DNA of 62,865 nt, filler included, from Bigelowiella natans CCMP2755 (GCA_000320545.1; 9 parts of 9 records of this genome joined end to end with filler, not necessarily neighbours in it); one strand, 5' to 3'. Shown: positions 38,617-52,161, numbered from the whole stretch's first letter. Notes: generated from the sequence alone by a model not told the origin. Numbers and translations: made by a program.

Positions 38617-39881
38617 CAAATAGCTGCCAAACGCACACACAAACGCACACACAAATTCAATGCCCTGGCCTTTACCGACGATCGCTTTCTGTGCGCGACC
38701 TGTGCGTGGGTGTGCTACTGTGCTGATTGCTGGCTGCATTCTTCCACTGTCAGAAAGAGTACGATGTACTTGATTTTCAACGAATTGGCCAGGCTTACGG
38801 AGAGTGATAACTACCACCACAAGAACAACAACTGCTACTATTTACTATTTCTACCTTTTGAAAATAGCATAAGAAGAAGAAGAAGAAGAAGAAGTAGACG
38901 TATGTTTCACCTACGTCCCCTGTTTGCCTATTATGGAGCCCTTTGGGATTGTATAGTAGTGTGGGTGAGATATGTCGATCTTATGAAATTATTAACAAAT
39001 CCATATCCGTACGACTTTTTGGTCCTCTTCAAAGACACTCTCTGCCTCCTCTTCCTCCTCCTCCTCCTCCTCCTACCTTCGTAAACCTACTTCCTTTTAA
39101 GATTCATGTACACTTGTGGCTGCCGACGAATCGCTCGCACCCTAAGGAGCGCCAACCCGCACATAAGCCTGTAGGCGAATGAGAGAGAGAGAGAGGGGGG
39201 GGGGGGGGGGGGGGGTAGAAAGAGGGAGGAGAGAGGGAGAGGCGCAAAACAGCTAGCTTAGACACATGATAAATCGAAGGGTAGTGTGTCAGGAGTGAAG
39301 AAAAGAGTACGGAGGAGAAAAAGAAGAAACTACAGCACTTATAATAATAACAATATCCCATGCGACTCAAACCGATACGTCCGGCTTGCCATCACTTGAC
39401 TCTTCATCACCAGTATTAGCTCCTCGCCTTTCCCTGCTCCTTTCCCTTCTTCTTCGTCGTCATCGTCGCCGTCACCACCGTCGTGTCTCACCGAGCGACT
39501 GATCCTTCCCGTTTGTTCGTGGTGTTGCCTTATAATCATACCAGATTCAAGTATCTTTTCGCACACATGCCTGCTTCATTTCTGCGCCATGCCAACCAAG
39601 TACGACAGCCCCCCCCCCCCCCCCCCCCCCCCCCCCTCTCGTTCACTTCTCCCTCCCTTTCTCTCACTGCTACTTCCTGCATGGCTACTTGCTTGCACGT
39701 TTTCGCAGGTGTGCTGGAACGCGACGCATGCTACGAATGTCCCCTTTGCTTTCAACAGGTGAGGAGATATCACACGCTGAGAGGACTGATGGCTCTCCAC
39801 CAATTAACCTCTTCCGTCCTTGCCACCCCTCCCCTTCTTTTACCACGATGTACCTCCAGAAGTGTTCTCCGTTATATAAAT

Positions 39882-39928
<47 letters not shown>

Positions 39929-40533
39929 TATGTATAATTACAGCCCGAATGCAGCTTTTCACCTTGAAGCGTTTTCCAAGGAAGAGAGGCTGTTGGCAGA
40001 TGCGTTTTCGGCTGCTTTGATATCCTTCGCTACCGCCGATGGAGCAGACCTTTCTCGGGTAAGAGGACGTCACCACGAACGAAGGGAAAATCAGCGATCC
40101 GTGCGGTGCAATGCGGTCAAGTTGTGCGAGTTGTGGTTACGTTCGTATCATTATATGCATGAAATTGGGAAGCTATCTTCTCCCATCCAACCTCAACCAT
40201 ATGCCTCCAGAAGAATTTTCCACTCGACTTATCCTCTTCTTTCATCCTCCCCTTCCTTCCGATCATTACGAGCAGACAATGCAACTACACCATGGGTGGG
40301 AGGAGTGGGGACAAGAAACGGCGCAGTCTTCCTCACCTTCCGCTTCATATGAACCACCATTTCGAGAAGGAAATATGATGTTTATAGCCGAATCATCCTC
40401 CTCTTCTCTCCGTTCAATACCTCGTTCTATCACCGAGGAGACAGCTTCATCGTCACACATGATCCCGTCTTGTTTCGATTGGCCCGGGAATCCGTTGCGT
40501 GGATCCGACACTTGCGAAGGCCTCTGGAGATAA
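33643..40533 (+). CDS. Type-B carboxylesterase/cholinesterase family (alpha/beta hydrolase), multi-exon
   Basis: AFRGIPFAEPP|GSLRF, SEDCLCLNVF, PVMVFFHGGF, ILVTANYRLGPLGFL, GNYGYLDQ, ISFFGGDAKKVTIWGQSAG (nucleophile motif), FMPVIN, IIVGTNTYEG. Start codon uncertain (33643 or downstream). Confidence 0.88.
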
Positions 40534-40739
40534 TATATATGTTAGGAACTAATAAGCGTTCTTGCAGCGCAAATATACAAATTGAAGCTTGAGTCTTGAA
40601 ATTACAGCATGTGTCGCAACTGTAAGAATAAAGCTTATCATATGCCTCCCAAGGCGTACGTACCTGATATGAAAGGCATTATGCATCTCACACATAGTGC
40701 ATATAGAGCAACTAGATGCGCCTAGTAAAGGGAAGCTAG

Positions 40740-41230
40740 GGACGTGACGGATGTGATGAATGAATGAGTTGCATGCCATCAATCTAGCAATGGCCAACAC
40801 CAATGTGGGAGTGTCTGTGCAAAGCTGCGGCTACAGCGCTCAAATTGCATTTGTTGTGGTCTCCACTTCCTGCAAACTTTTCCTTTTCTTTTTGCTTTTT
40901 TGAGTGCCAACGGAAGTGGTGACTGGTGCATCCGACACAGGGTGCGAACCCCTTCAATTGTGAACGTGCATGCCGTGAACCTCGCTGGTCACTCTGTAGA
41001 GTGCGCGCTGTGCTCTCCAGCGTTCGTCCAACTAGTCCACCACCTGTTTGAGACAACTCCAGCCATGTCAGCAGTGCTGATGGCATGTCTTGTTTGAATG
41101 AAGAAGTGAACACGAACCTTAAATCTTGCATCCTGCCTCTTGACTTTCTTTTTGCGTGTCAACTCGAGTTTGGCCTGTGCGTTATTCACTAGTTCAGGGT
41201 GCAGAGTTCGTGGAACCTACTGCTTGAATC
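40740..41230. other. TpA-depleted intergenic block
   Basis: 8 TA in about 490 bp, 6 in CTA/TAG context. Only 4 TA, all CTA/TAG, in 40745-41115. Confidence 0.65.
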
Positions 41231-42104
41231 AACACTTCTTCTTTCTTCTTCTTCTTCTTCTTCTCCTCCTCCTCCTCCGCCTTGTCGACACAGAATAAAA
41301 ATAGGGACAAAAATCACAGGAAGTTGCATATACTTTGTGAAAAGACGAATTGACAACATGTTCAGTTCTAACGCACAAAGACCAGCAGCATGCTAGCATG
41401 TGCACGGAAGTCGGATGCAAGCGCAGGTCCAAACTGTTCAAACTTTGAACGTGTTGTCGTTACGTCGTTACATTGTGTGCATAAAACGTGACAGCGTGCA
41501 CGTGGTGTGAGTTAGCGATGAAATCGTTGCCATCGATTATGCATCATGCACGTTTGCTGTGCATGCTTTAGTCGTGAGTGCGTATACGTGCGTGGAGGTC
41601 GATCGAGGCGGGTGCAAATGCCGGACAACGTAACTAGACAAGCTTTTGTGGCCAATGTGTAATGACAACACAAAAGCGACGACGGCGGTGCATACTGGAA
41701 TGCATGCTGCATGCGCGCAACGCTGTCTGTACGCAGCAATGCTCTTCTGCACTGGCAGCTAGCTAGCTATAGGCAGGCATGCTAGCATGCATGGCGTTGT
41801 GATCGCCTTCGACTGAAAGAGGGTCTCGAGGTGTGCACACGCAAAGGATGACCGACGCTGTGCAAACCAATGATTCTCATGTGATGTTGGTGACACAACG
41901 CGCCGTAGCTGCTACTTTTCAAGCAACGATGGGCACACACCAGTTCACTGCATCATGGGATGAATGTGGTGTCGACTACGGCTCGATGCATGTGTAATTC
42001 CACCAATAGCTGACATTGCTGATGTGAATGCAAACACGTTAGACCATAATTCGACTCTTTACATCTGAAGTATAGGCATTATATCAGATTTTATTGTTAC
42101 AGTG

Positions 42105-42329
42105 CTATTTGCGCTGGTCGGTAGGGAAACCATCCCATTCGCTTTTGATGGGACCCGGTAATCCATCCTTTCTCGCTCTCTCGATGAGCATACCCATGTA
42201 TGCTCCCTGGTAGTCTAATAGATTCAGTGTGCAGTCTTCGATGCATTTCTTTTGCCCGTTAGTAAGCTTGTTACCTGCATGTACGAGATATAGGATTAGT
42301 TTAAAAATTATGGATGGCCTCATTTTTCA

Positions 42330-42360
<31 letters not shown>

Positions 42361-42783
42361 TAATGTGTATATATCATCTGGTCATAGCCGTTATCGCTAT
42401 CATCATCGTAACACACGATCTTCACTTTCAATACAGCAAAAGAAACCTGGCTTGTTAACGCAATGGTTGAAGCACCGGTGGCAGACACTTTCCAGTATTG
42501 TCTGGTGCCTATTCACTTCGAACTCTTGATACAACTGAGTGAAGTAAATGCAACAAAAACGAAAGGTTTTATGGCGAGAATAAACCATACAACCCCGAGC
42601 CCCTTCTGAAATTCACCACCGCCTCACCGCTCTCTTGTGCTCGAGGAGCTTCTTCTCCACATACGCGTCCTTCTCTTTCGTGGACATAGACCGCATCTCC
42701 CCCAACTCGGAGGGCATTGAGGCGAACTTGGGGATGGAAAATCGCCCCGAGCGAAGGTTGGCGAAGGCTCCTCTATCAGACAT
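42105..42783 (-). CDS. Small Tim chaperone (Tim8/Tim13 family, twin CX3C)
   Basis: Three exons (approx. 42627-42783, 42447-42535, 42105-42275): ...HQTILESVCHRCFNHCVNKPG|NKLTNGQKKCIEDCTLNLLD; twin CX3C motif with KPG. Confidence 0.8.
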
Positions 42784-43010
42784 GGCGCTATTGGTCGTCG
42801 GTCTGTCACTCGGGGGGTGGGTGAGGTGAAAGTGCGCGGCGGAATATAGTGGTTTATTGCCTGCGACAATGGTTTTAGGCCTTTTTTCCGAGCAAAAAAC
42901 GAGCTAAAAATGTGCTTAATAGGATGCGGATACTGGTCTACGACATCAATCTTCGGCATTCTTCGGAGGCAAAATAGCCGTACGGTTCGTACCATCGGCT
43001 CTGGCGAGGA

Positions 43011-44060
43011 ATGTCGTCGTCGAACGTTCGGAACCCGAGTACAAGCCCGGCGCAGAATGAGAGCCTTAAGATCGAGATTGTCGAGAAACAGGAAGAACTA
43101 AGAAAGCTGAAGAAAGATTTAGGCGATCTCAAGGTGCGCTGTTGAGAGATTCGATTACTCAGGAGTCGAGTTAATTGCCCTTTTGTTTCCCCACAGAAGC
43201 AGCTGAAAGAACTGACGATGGGTTACCAAGCTGATATTACGAAGGTAGCAGCGAAAATGGAGATGCGATCTTCTTCCAAGATGGTGATACTACACGTCTT
43301 CAATCCAATATTACAGGTTCTCTCCCAGCTGACTGCTCAAGTATCTTCCACTCACCCAACTCCACCTTCTGGAATTCATCAAGCAAGTATGAGGGCCTGC
43401 GCAGCAGAAGACACGGCTGAGGCTTCACCGCAGAAACGGCATACAAAAGCATCGTTAATCCACAAAAATCCACAAGGTGGCTGCATATGAATGCTTCTTA
43501 CCCAACTATAATAAGAAAGACCATTCTTCCATGGAAGAGTGGTAATTAGCTGATTTGACATTGTCGCTATTGTCAGAGTGGAACTGCTGGTCAAACGATC
43601 CTGAGCTAAGAAATTTATGTAGCCGTGAGGAATGGAAGCTTCCTTCCAAGGAGGTATGTGAAATTAAAAAAAAACGTCTAGGCTGACTCTTATCGTGTTC
43701 ATTCTTTCAAATGTGCCACGCCACGCCACGCCACTCCACTGCAGGATCTAGAAACGGTGACGAAGCAGCTAGGACGCCCACCGAAGGGAATATGGGAGGT
43801 ATCCTCCCGATGCCCAAGGTACTTGACGCAGATGACAAACATGTTGCTACAACGATCATCATGTTCCGATGGTTATCGTAGCATTTCGTTGAATTACATC
43901 TCTGCCACACTCTTAAATTTCTAGTGGGCATCCGCAAACATTAAGGGTTCATCCCTTGAAGAAGATAACAACTGCGAGAGGAGGAGGTAGAGGGGATAAG
44001 CCGAAGATAATTCCACACCCGACGCACTACTGGCTCACGTGTCCCAAGATAGTAGCACAG
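43011..44060 (+). CDS. DUF501-family protein with N-terminal coiled coil; 3' part lost in gap
   Basis: Spliced DLETVTKQLGRPPKGIWEVSSRCPS|GHPQTLRVHP...PHPTHYWLTCPKIVAQ resembles the DUF501 pattern (QLGR.PRG...RC..G.P...PFPT.YYLT.P). Upstream exons encode EIVEKQEELRKLKKDLGDLK. Confidence 0.72.
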
Positions 44061-44229
44061 TATGTTTGCTTAGAAGTAGGCAGTCAGGGGGAGAGAGGAA
44101 GAAGGGCAGAGAATGAGTCGGCAGGAATAAGGAGAGCAAAAAAGACAACAATTTGTTGTCGAATATTTAGTTTGGGCTGTGAGATTTCTCTCTGTTTCTG
44201 TCTTTCTGTCTTTCTGTCTTACTCTCTCT

Positions 44230-44307
<78 letters not shown>

Positions 44308-44470
44308 NNNNNNNNNNNNNNNNNNNNNNNNNNNNNNNNNNNNNNNNNNNNTTAATTAATTAANNNNNNNNNNNNNNNNNNNNNNNNNNNNNNNNNNNNN
44401 NNNNNNNAGAGCACCTGGGGTGGTTTGTAAAGCCCTGCTGTGGAGCCGTCTTGTTAAGTGGTAGTAGTAT

Positions 44471-44505
<35 letters not shown>

Positions 44506-44626
44506 TTGCAGCAGCACCACCATTCAACGAACGACAAACAAACAACGTGTTGTTAACGTGGTGGTGGTGGTGGTGGTGGTGGTGGTGGTGATGATGTTTC
44601 AAAACAATATATATTGAAAAGTATAT

Positions 44627-44666
<40 letters not shown>

Positions 44667-44759
44667 TCCTCTACTACTCTTTTACTCGTGATCATCATCA
44701 CCAGCATTGTCATCATCATCACTATATCGAAACCTGTGCCCCCTCCTCCTCCTCCTCCA

Positions 44760-44934
44760 TCTTGCTGGTTCAATAGCTTGCCAGGTGAGGGTCTGAATGC
44801 CAGCGGATTAGCTCCGTCCTCTGCAAATAATAATGCTTTATAACAACAATCAAAGCGTTCGTGCTACTCATGTCATCGATCGACGACTCACTAATAATAT
44901 AGTGCATGCATCAGTTTTGCACATCCACACACAT

Positions 44935-45010
<76 letters not shown>

Positions 45011-45496
45011 TCACCATTCTGCTGTAGGCCTTGAGCATCCATAGCAGCTGTTCGTAGCAACTGACTTATCTGATATCTGTGATCACCATAACCAATTCCA
45101 CCAGCAGTACCAAGCATTTCTTGATTAATTTTGGAACATCATCACAACGTACGTAAGATTGGCTTTTCAGAATATATGTCATTGTTGTTGTATGGGGTCG
45201 CTGTATGTTGATTCTACTCACAGCTTTCTCTCATCATCATCATCATCATCATCATCAACGGTACTGCTTCTTATGATACCCCCCCCCAACTCCCAAAAAA
45301 CAAAACACAGTGGAGGAGAAGGAAGAGGAGGAATGTCGTCCAGCAGCACGACGAACAATCATGCTCCGTGTGGTGTTTTTCTTATATCATCCTCCTAGTA
45401 GATTGAGAAAACAATAAGGTGCTGCACACTGTTAATTTCATCATACTTGATCTTCTTGTCGATTGGCCTTAGTTTGTCCAATAGCGTCTGATTGAA

Positions 45497-45538
<42 letters not shown>

Positions 45539-46319
45539 TTTACATGATGTTGACAACATTATGGTGATGATGATTTTAACGATAGCACACACACACACAC
45601 AGAGAGAGAGACACGCTAATATTTATCAATCATTCATTCAGACACATTCAGACAAATTAATGCCAGCATGAAAACGAATGAAACACATCAAAGTAAACGG
45701 TGTCGCACCCGCAAATGGGCCTGCTGCTCTGGCAGTTTCGACTTGTTAATCGATTTTCCAGTGAGTTTCATCAACAGATAGAAGCAGATTCGGATGCAGT
45801 AGGACAGCATCACCTGAGAGGAAAAAGAAAGATCAAAATCGAAATAACGACGACAACAAACGAGTGTGCGACGTTACAAGAAGAGAAGATGCACAGAATA
45901 ATACATTCTCCAACAACCTGATACTTAGCTTCTAAGAGAGAAATCCCGTCATTAGTATCGATCTTCTCTTCTTCCGCGTCCTCTATCACTTTCTGCACGC
46001 CTCCTTTCAGTTGCTTTTCGACCAGTGATATCTGTTGGTGGTGATGGGGAGGAAGGAAGGAGGAGGAGAGAGAGAGGGGGGGGAATAGGAGGAAGAGGAA
46101 GTGTATGGAAAAAATGACAAAATAGAACAAGAAAATAAGCGATGATGCGACCACACTAGCGAATATTCCAAAGTAATACATTTTCGCCAGATTTAATGGG
46201 AATAAAACTGTTGCATATGAATCTTTACATTGCGACACCCACTCGCACACCTGCCTCGTTAGAACATTTTAAAAATCATTGTCTAACCCCCCACCTCCTC
46301 CCCTCCCCTCCTCTTATTC

Positions 46320-46362
<43 letters not shown>

Positions 46363-47759
46363 AATACACACACCTTGTCTTGGTATGCTTCCAAGATCTC
46401 GATCAAGGCTGGTGCATCCTTTTCAACCAGCTTTTTCTATACCGAGGGAGGAAGAGAGAGAATGATGAGGAAGATTGGAAGATGAAGAAGGAAGATGAAG
46501 GATTCGTGCGCGGAAGGACACAAAGGCGATACGCGTGTTATGAGCTCTCGGTGGTGAAAACAAGGGTCTTTTTATGGCATTTGTACAGCAGCAGCTCCAT
46601 CAACAAACTTGTCTATTTACAGGTTCTTTACCTCGTCATCAGCTTCGATTGCTGCATCGTGAGGACCATTCCCTGCACATTTATTAAAGTTTTTCCCATG
46701 AATTCTGACTAGTTAAGAAATGCTGTACGGGAAGAAGAAGAAGACCACCGTTACAGGTTATTCGGAGGTTGGTAAAAACAAATCATAGACCATTATTATG
46801 ACCATTAACTGCTCGTGTGTTATAGCGCCTCCTCCTCCTCTTCATCCTCTTTCTTCTTCTTCTTCAAGTATTTTGATAGATTTGAAAGGTAATCCTACTA
46901 CTACTACTACTAATTCTCATTACTACTACTACTACTACCGTTGGAGCCACCCTCTCCTTCGCTTTCTCCGTTACTCGGCTCGACTGACATTTCAGTCGAA
47001 TTTTCCTATATAGCATCGAAGGAAATAATAGTGAAAATATCTTTATTGTCCTTGGATATCAACAAACATTGCGTCCCACATCTCCCCCTCATTGCGAACT
47101 GAAGAAGCAACGGCACCATAAACACTCGAATCTCACATCCCACCTGTGCGGTCTCCGCAAACGATCCGGTCGGCGATGAAGACTCATTGGATTTGGAAGC
47201 GTCATCTTCTGTAGAAAAAAAAAACAGAAAGAAGTAACACACAACAGGTTGAAGGTATAATTCTTGATTAGAACAATTTCTTCGACAAATAAAACAGCAT
47301 CATGTGGCGCAGGATTCCATCAACCAAAATTCTTGAAATATGAGAGATGAAGACTCTGTTGGTCCCGCCATGTATTTTGTATTTGTCAATTTTAAACTAT
47401 TACGCATACGAATCGATTATCTTTTTTTCCCCTACTACACCCAAATAGCTAATTGCATGGTGACCCCATCCGGGTTGGCTCAGGAATCATCATTTGGAAT
47501 TCACAATTATTTTCAACTGTTCCGTCAATAATTCCTGAATGGTCCCCGCATTATGATAACACCAACTCGTAATATTGCGAGTATCCGTGCGCTCTCAAAC
47601 GTCCGCTCATGTATGTTAATGGTGCAAACTAGTCTAAAAATCCATACTCTTGGCATGCGTGGACGGCTGCTTATTTGCAACATCGCCTTTGTTGCTACTT
47701 GTACTGCTACTATTTCCAGCCTTTTTCTTTCCACGACGCTTCTGTTTCGGCCGTGCCAT
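44760..47759 (-). CDS. NGDN: Neuroguidin/Lcp5 (Sas10/Utp3/C1D family) SSU processome factor; 3' part lost in gap
   Basis: DGISLLEAKYQ|MLSYC...|LLDKLRPIDKKIK|YQISQLLRTAA...|NPLAFRPSP matches the neuroguidin pattern. N-terminal exons (MARPKQKRRGKKK) are tentative. Confidence 0.8.
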
Positions 47760-48352
47760 GACTTTTTGAGGGAGAGGGAGTGGGCGGTGTTTCGCTGAGA
47801 AGGTTTGGGTTGTTTGGGGTTAGATTATTCAGACATTAATTTAGACTAGATTAACGTACATTTGACAAATAGGAATTAAATTATCTAGTACGACTTCAAT
47901 TTTTGATGACTTACTTCATAGAAAGACCCAGAGTGGACTTGAATCTTAACTGAAATCTACACATTTACCATGAAATCTTGATACGGCACAGCAAATTGGC
48001 TCTAAAACAAGAGTTTCACTCTTTGTTGACCTAGTCGCAATGTTCTTTCTTCCTCTAATTTATTTTTGTACATTCTTGGAAATTGCCGGTATGTTTTACT
48101 CGACAGCGAAAGTTGGGTGATTCTTGTATATGGGAACCTCCTATCTCTCTCACTCGAACTTTCATTTTATTGTCGTAAGTTCCAAAGGCCATCTAATCTT
48201 GCAACTGGTGCAAAACTGCAGATGCTTCTGGAATAAATTATTCGGAACTTTAATTAATCGGCGGTCTTCTCGGCAGTACGAGCTGAATCCTTCATCATCA
48301 GCTGCTCGCATAGAACTTACTATTTGATCGAATTAGCCTTCCAGATAGATCT

Positions 48353-49968
48353 ATGGAGGAGAAAAGGGCAAGTGTTCTCCAGCATTCTAAGCCCCAGGGC
48401 GATCGCAAGGTTCACAACAATTTCTTTGTCCTTGTTCATAATTGCGCTAAAGATGGGAATATTAGCAAAGTCGCAATGTATTGTGTTTGTGTTCTTGACG
48501 CACCTCGATTTCGCGGGTTTTTAATATGTTGGTACCAGGCGCTCGCCCTGGCGATGGCTGCTATGCTTACTGCCAAGATGCAGGGGGGTGGGAGTGGAGG
48601 TGGAGGTGGAGGGTCAAGAATGTCTACCACGGGCCAGAAGTTCAGGAAGAAAATAACCATTCCGCAAGAAGAGCATCCTGACATCAATTTTCTCGGGTGG
48701 TGTCGTGTTGGATTTTTTTTTTAATATTCGATATACAATACACACCATTGATGAAAAGGAGGCATCCAAACACACGCAAAATAGCACAATCGACCTCAGC
48801 CACCAATCGTAGGTTGCTGATCGGGCCACGAGGGTCCACTCAAAAGCAAATGCAGCAAGATTCGGGTGCGAAAATACTGATACGAGGCAGGGGATCTTCG
48901 AGAGATGGTACTACATTTCTCCACGATTTTATTTTCACATCCCTTCCCAACACGTACGTACCTGGGAGCTCGGAATACATAAATAAGCCAGCGCTACCCG
49001 CGGCGTAACAGAACATAAATACAGGCATATTAGATTGAGAGCATTTGTGTTCTTCGTGTTGTTGTTAGGAAACGATGAGGATCCCCACGAACCGCTTCAC
49101 GTGCTTGTCGTTGCTGACTCGGAAGACTCGGTAGTAGGCATCCATTACAATTACACAATTAAATAGGCGACTACCCACGCAGTCGATGCAATTCGCTACA
49201 TCATCACCACCACCACCACCACCATCATCATCATTATTATCACTTATTACCATCATTGATCAAATTATCAGATGCAACGTGGTGCACGTATGGTCGAAGA
49301 CATCGTTCTGAATCCGGAAAATGCAAGGCGGTTGAAGCAACGCCAGCTACAAGAATTGGGGGGGGGCAGGGGAGATAGGGACGACAGGGATCGGAGGCAT
49401 AATCAGCCAAGGAAGGAGATTAAGGTAACTACTAGCATTGAGATGAATGAATTTTGTTACCTTTACAAGAATTTCCATTAGAAATTGTGCTCATCAGACG
49501 TAATATCTAGTCGAGAAGTAATTTATGAACTCCTCTGCCCATCCATCAGGTACCAAATGGCGATGTGGGACTGCTAATCGGAAGAGGGGGGGAGACGATT
49601 CGGCGTCTTCAACACGATTTTGGATGCCAGATACAGATTGAAAGAAAACCTCGCCCTGGTTCTAAACTTTTTGTTTCCTGGCTTGTTGTCTAGATTAATA
49701 ACTACAGATTATCCCCCGCCCCCTCCCTTCCCTTTCTTCCCCGAAAGGATCGCCCAATCGTGTGGTAACGTTGAGCGGGCCTGAAGATGCCATTGAGAAG
49801 CTTCATGAAGATATCAGGGGGATGATGAATAATCGGAGAGGGGGCGACAGAGAGCGCGGTCCGCAGAAGGAGAGAAAGGTGATAATGGTTCCAGGTCATA
49901 TGATCGGTATGATTATCGGCAAAGGAGGAGAGACGATTCGTGGGCTAAGGTACGATTCCAAAAGAGGA

Positions 49969-50012
<44 letters not shown>

Positions 50013-50231
50013 TAAATATAGCTCAAAAGCTGCGCACACACACTCCATTGTTCTCAGGCAACGCACGGGTGCTTACATTCAAGTCACGAAGAACGACCCT
50101 GGCAGCACCCAATCTCTCGATAGGGAAGTTGTTTTAAGCGGTACTGAGAGGCAAATCGAGCATGCTGACCAAGGTGAGGGGTGAGGATGATGGTGGTGGT
50201 GGTGGTTACTATTAGATAGTGATAATTAGCG

Positions 50232-50274
<43 letters not shown>

Positions 50275-50848
50275 ATTGCCCGCCCGACGGTTAATTCAAA
50301 TATTTAGGATAGAATGGCACTGACTGCTTTTTAAGAAGTGATTTTTACGATGTGATGATAATTAAGTGCGACAAATAAGTTTAACAAAGGGCAAAACCAA
50401 CTGCCGGTGATTTTTAAGTCGTCTTATAAATGTTAAATTCTATCGAATAATCTTTAGAAATTATGGAAATGATCCGCGCACGCGAAGCAGATCAGCAAAA
50501 TCGCGGTGGTGGAAGAGGGGGGGGTGGTTTCGGCGACAGGAGAGGCGGACAACGTGGAATGGACAGAGGAGGAGGAGGAGGAGGAGGAGGGAGAGGAAGG
50601 GGGGGGCATGGCGGCTACGAGCAGCACTCCGGTGGTGTACTTAATCCACACTCCTACCAACAGCATCAAGACCCTCATCAGATGATGATGATGGGAGGAG
50701 GCGGCTACAACATGGTAAGTAAGTTAGAAAATAAAGAGGCAGCTGCTGTTTGGTTCCATTCCGCACACATGCTCTGTACTTCGTGCCCTGCTTCGTGCTC
50801 TTTGTCCTTACATAACAATGCAGAGAGATTCTCATTGAGACGACGGGC

Positions 50849-50880
<32 letters not shown>

Positions 50881-52073
50881 GTTTCGATGATAGCTGAAAG
50901 TTATTCTGCAGTCTCACTAGCTCACCCACTGTAATTTTTACCAAAATCAGTATGGTTACCCTGGAATGGGCGGTTATCCTACCCCGCATTCGTACGGATA
51001 CCCTCCGCAGATTCCGGGTGGAGGGGGGGCAGCATATATGCAGCCACCTCCAAAACCCGATCCAGCATACGAAGGCACTCCATTCTATGGTCAGCAGGTT
51101 CAAGCTTACGAAGCTTACCAGCAGTGGAAGAAGGCGCAGGACGAGGTGATTGTTATAGTAATGATAATAATAATAATATTAATAATAATAACGACAACGA
51201 TAAGGATGATGATGACGATGTGCGCCTACGCAATGACGCTGACACAAGCCATGTGTTGATTTCAGATGAAAGCAGCGGCAGAGAAGGCCGCAAGTATGAG
51301 GAAGAAGGAGGAGGGGGGAAGTGGAAACAAAGATGCATCGAAGGAAGAGGGAGGCGGAGGAGGAGGAGGGGGAGATGATTCACAGAACAACGCACCTACT
51401 GCATCTAAGGATGGAGAGCAGCAAACTAATGCTGGGGGGGGCACTCAACGTCAAGAAAAGGCCGGAAAGAACCATACTAATAGCGACGATACTAAGTCGA
51501 GTGCTGCAGGTAGTACAAAACTCACCGCCGGGTGGTAGTAGCCCTGCGCTCATTATGCTTGACACTCTTCCTCCTTTGTTTTGCTTTATGGGACTGATGA
51601 GAACACACCTATCTTCCTCCTGCTGCTGCTGCAATGTATTGATGAATATATGAATCAATCAATCATATGCCATGGTCTAGTACTTTGTTTTTGTAGTAGT
51701 AATTGTAGTTTAGTAATAGTAGTAGTGGTGGTAGTAGCAGTTGCGTTCTTATTCTCCTTTCTCTCTCCCCCCCCTCTCTCCTTTATCTCCCTCAACCAAT
51801 AAACTAATCAACGTGCTGTCGCATCCTCTTTCCTTCCCTCTCTCTTTCAACAATCCAGGAGGTAGCGTGGCGAGCTACCCCCCTCCTCCAGGCACCACCA
51901 CGACTCCTTCCTCCGCTTATGGAATGCCTCCTCAAGCCTACTACTACCCCCCCACACACATGACGATGCAGCATCCATCATCAACTTCGCACGTAGCCGG
52001 TGGGCCTGCAGCTTCATCATCGTCACTTAACAAAGGCAATAATACGGAAGAAGAAGAAGAAAAAGAAGATTGA
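48353..52073 (+). CDS. Multi-KH RNA-binding protein: SF1/BBP-type KH-QUA2 followed by two FUBP/KSRP-type KH domains, RGG and Tyr/Pro/Gly-rich regions
   Basis: [16 protein letters not shown]|[29 protein letters not shown]...EPLHVLV...[10 protein letters not shown]; [30 protein letters not shown]; [21 protein letters not shown]|QRTGAYIQV; [16 protein letters not shown]. Confidence 0.85.
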
Positions 52074-52096
52074 TGATAACTTACACAACATCTCCA

Positions 52097-52161
<65 letters not shown>

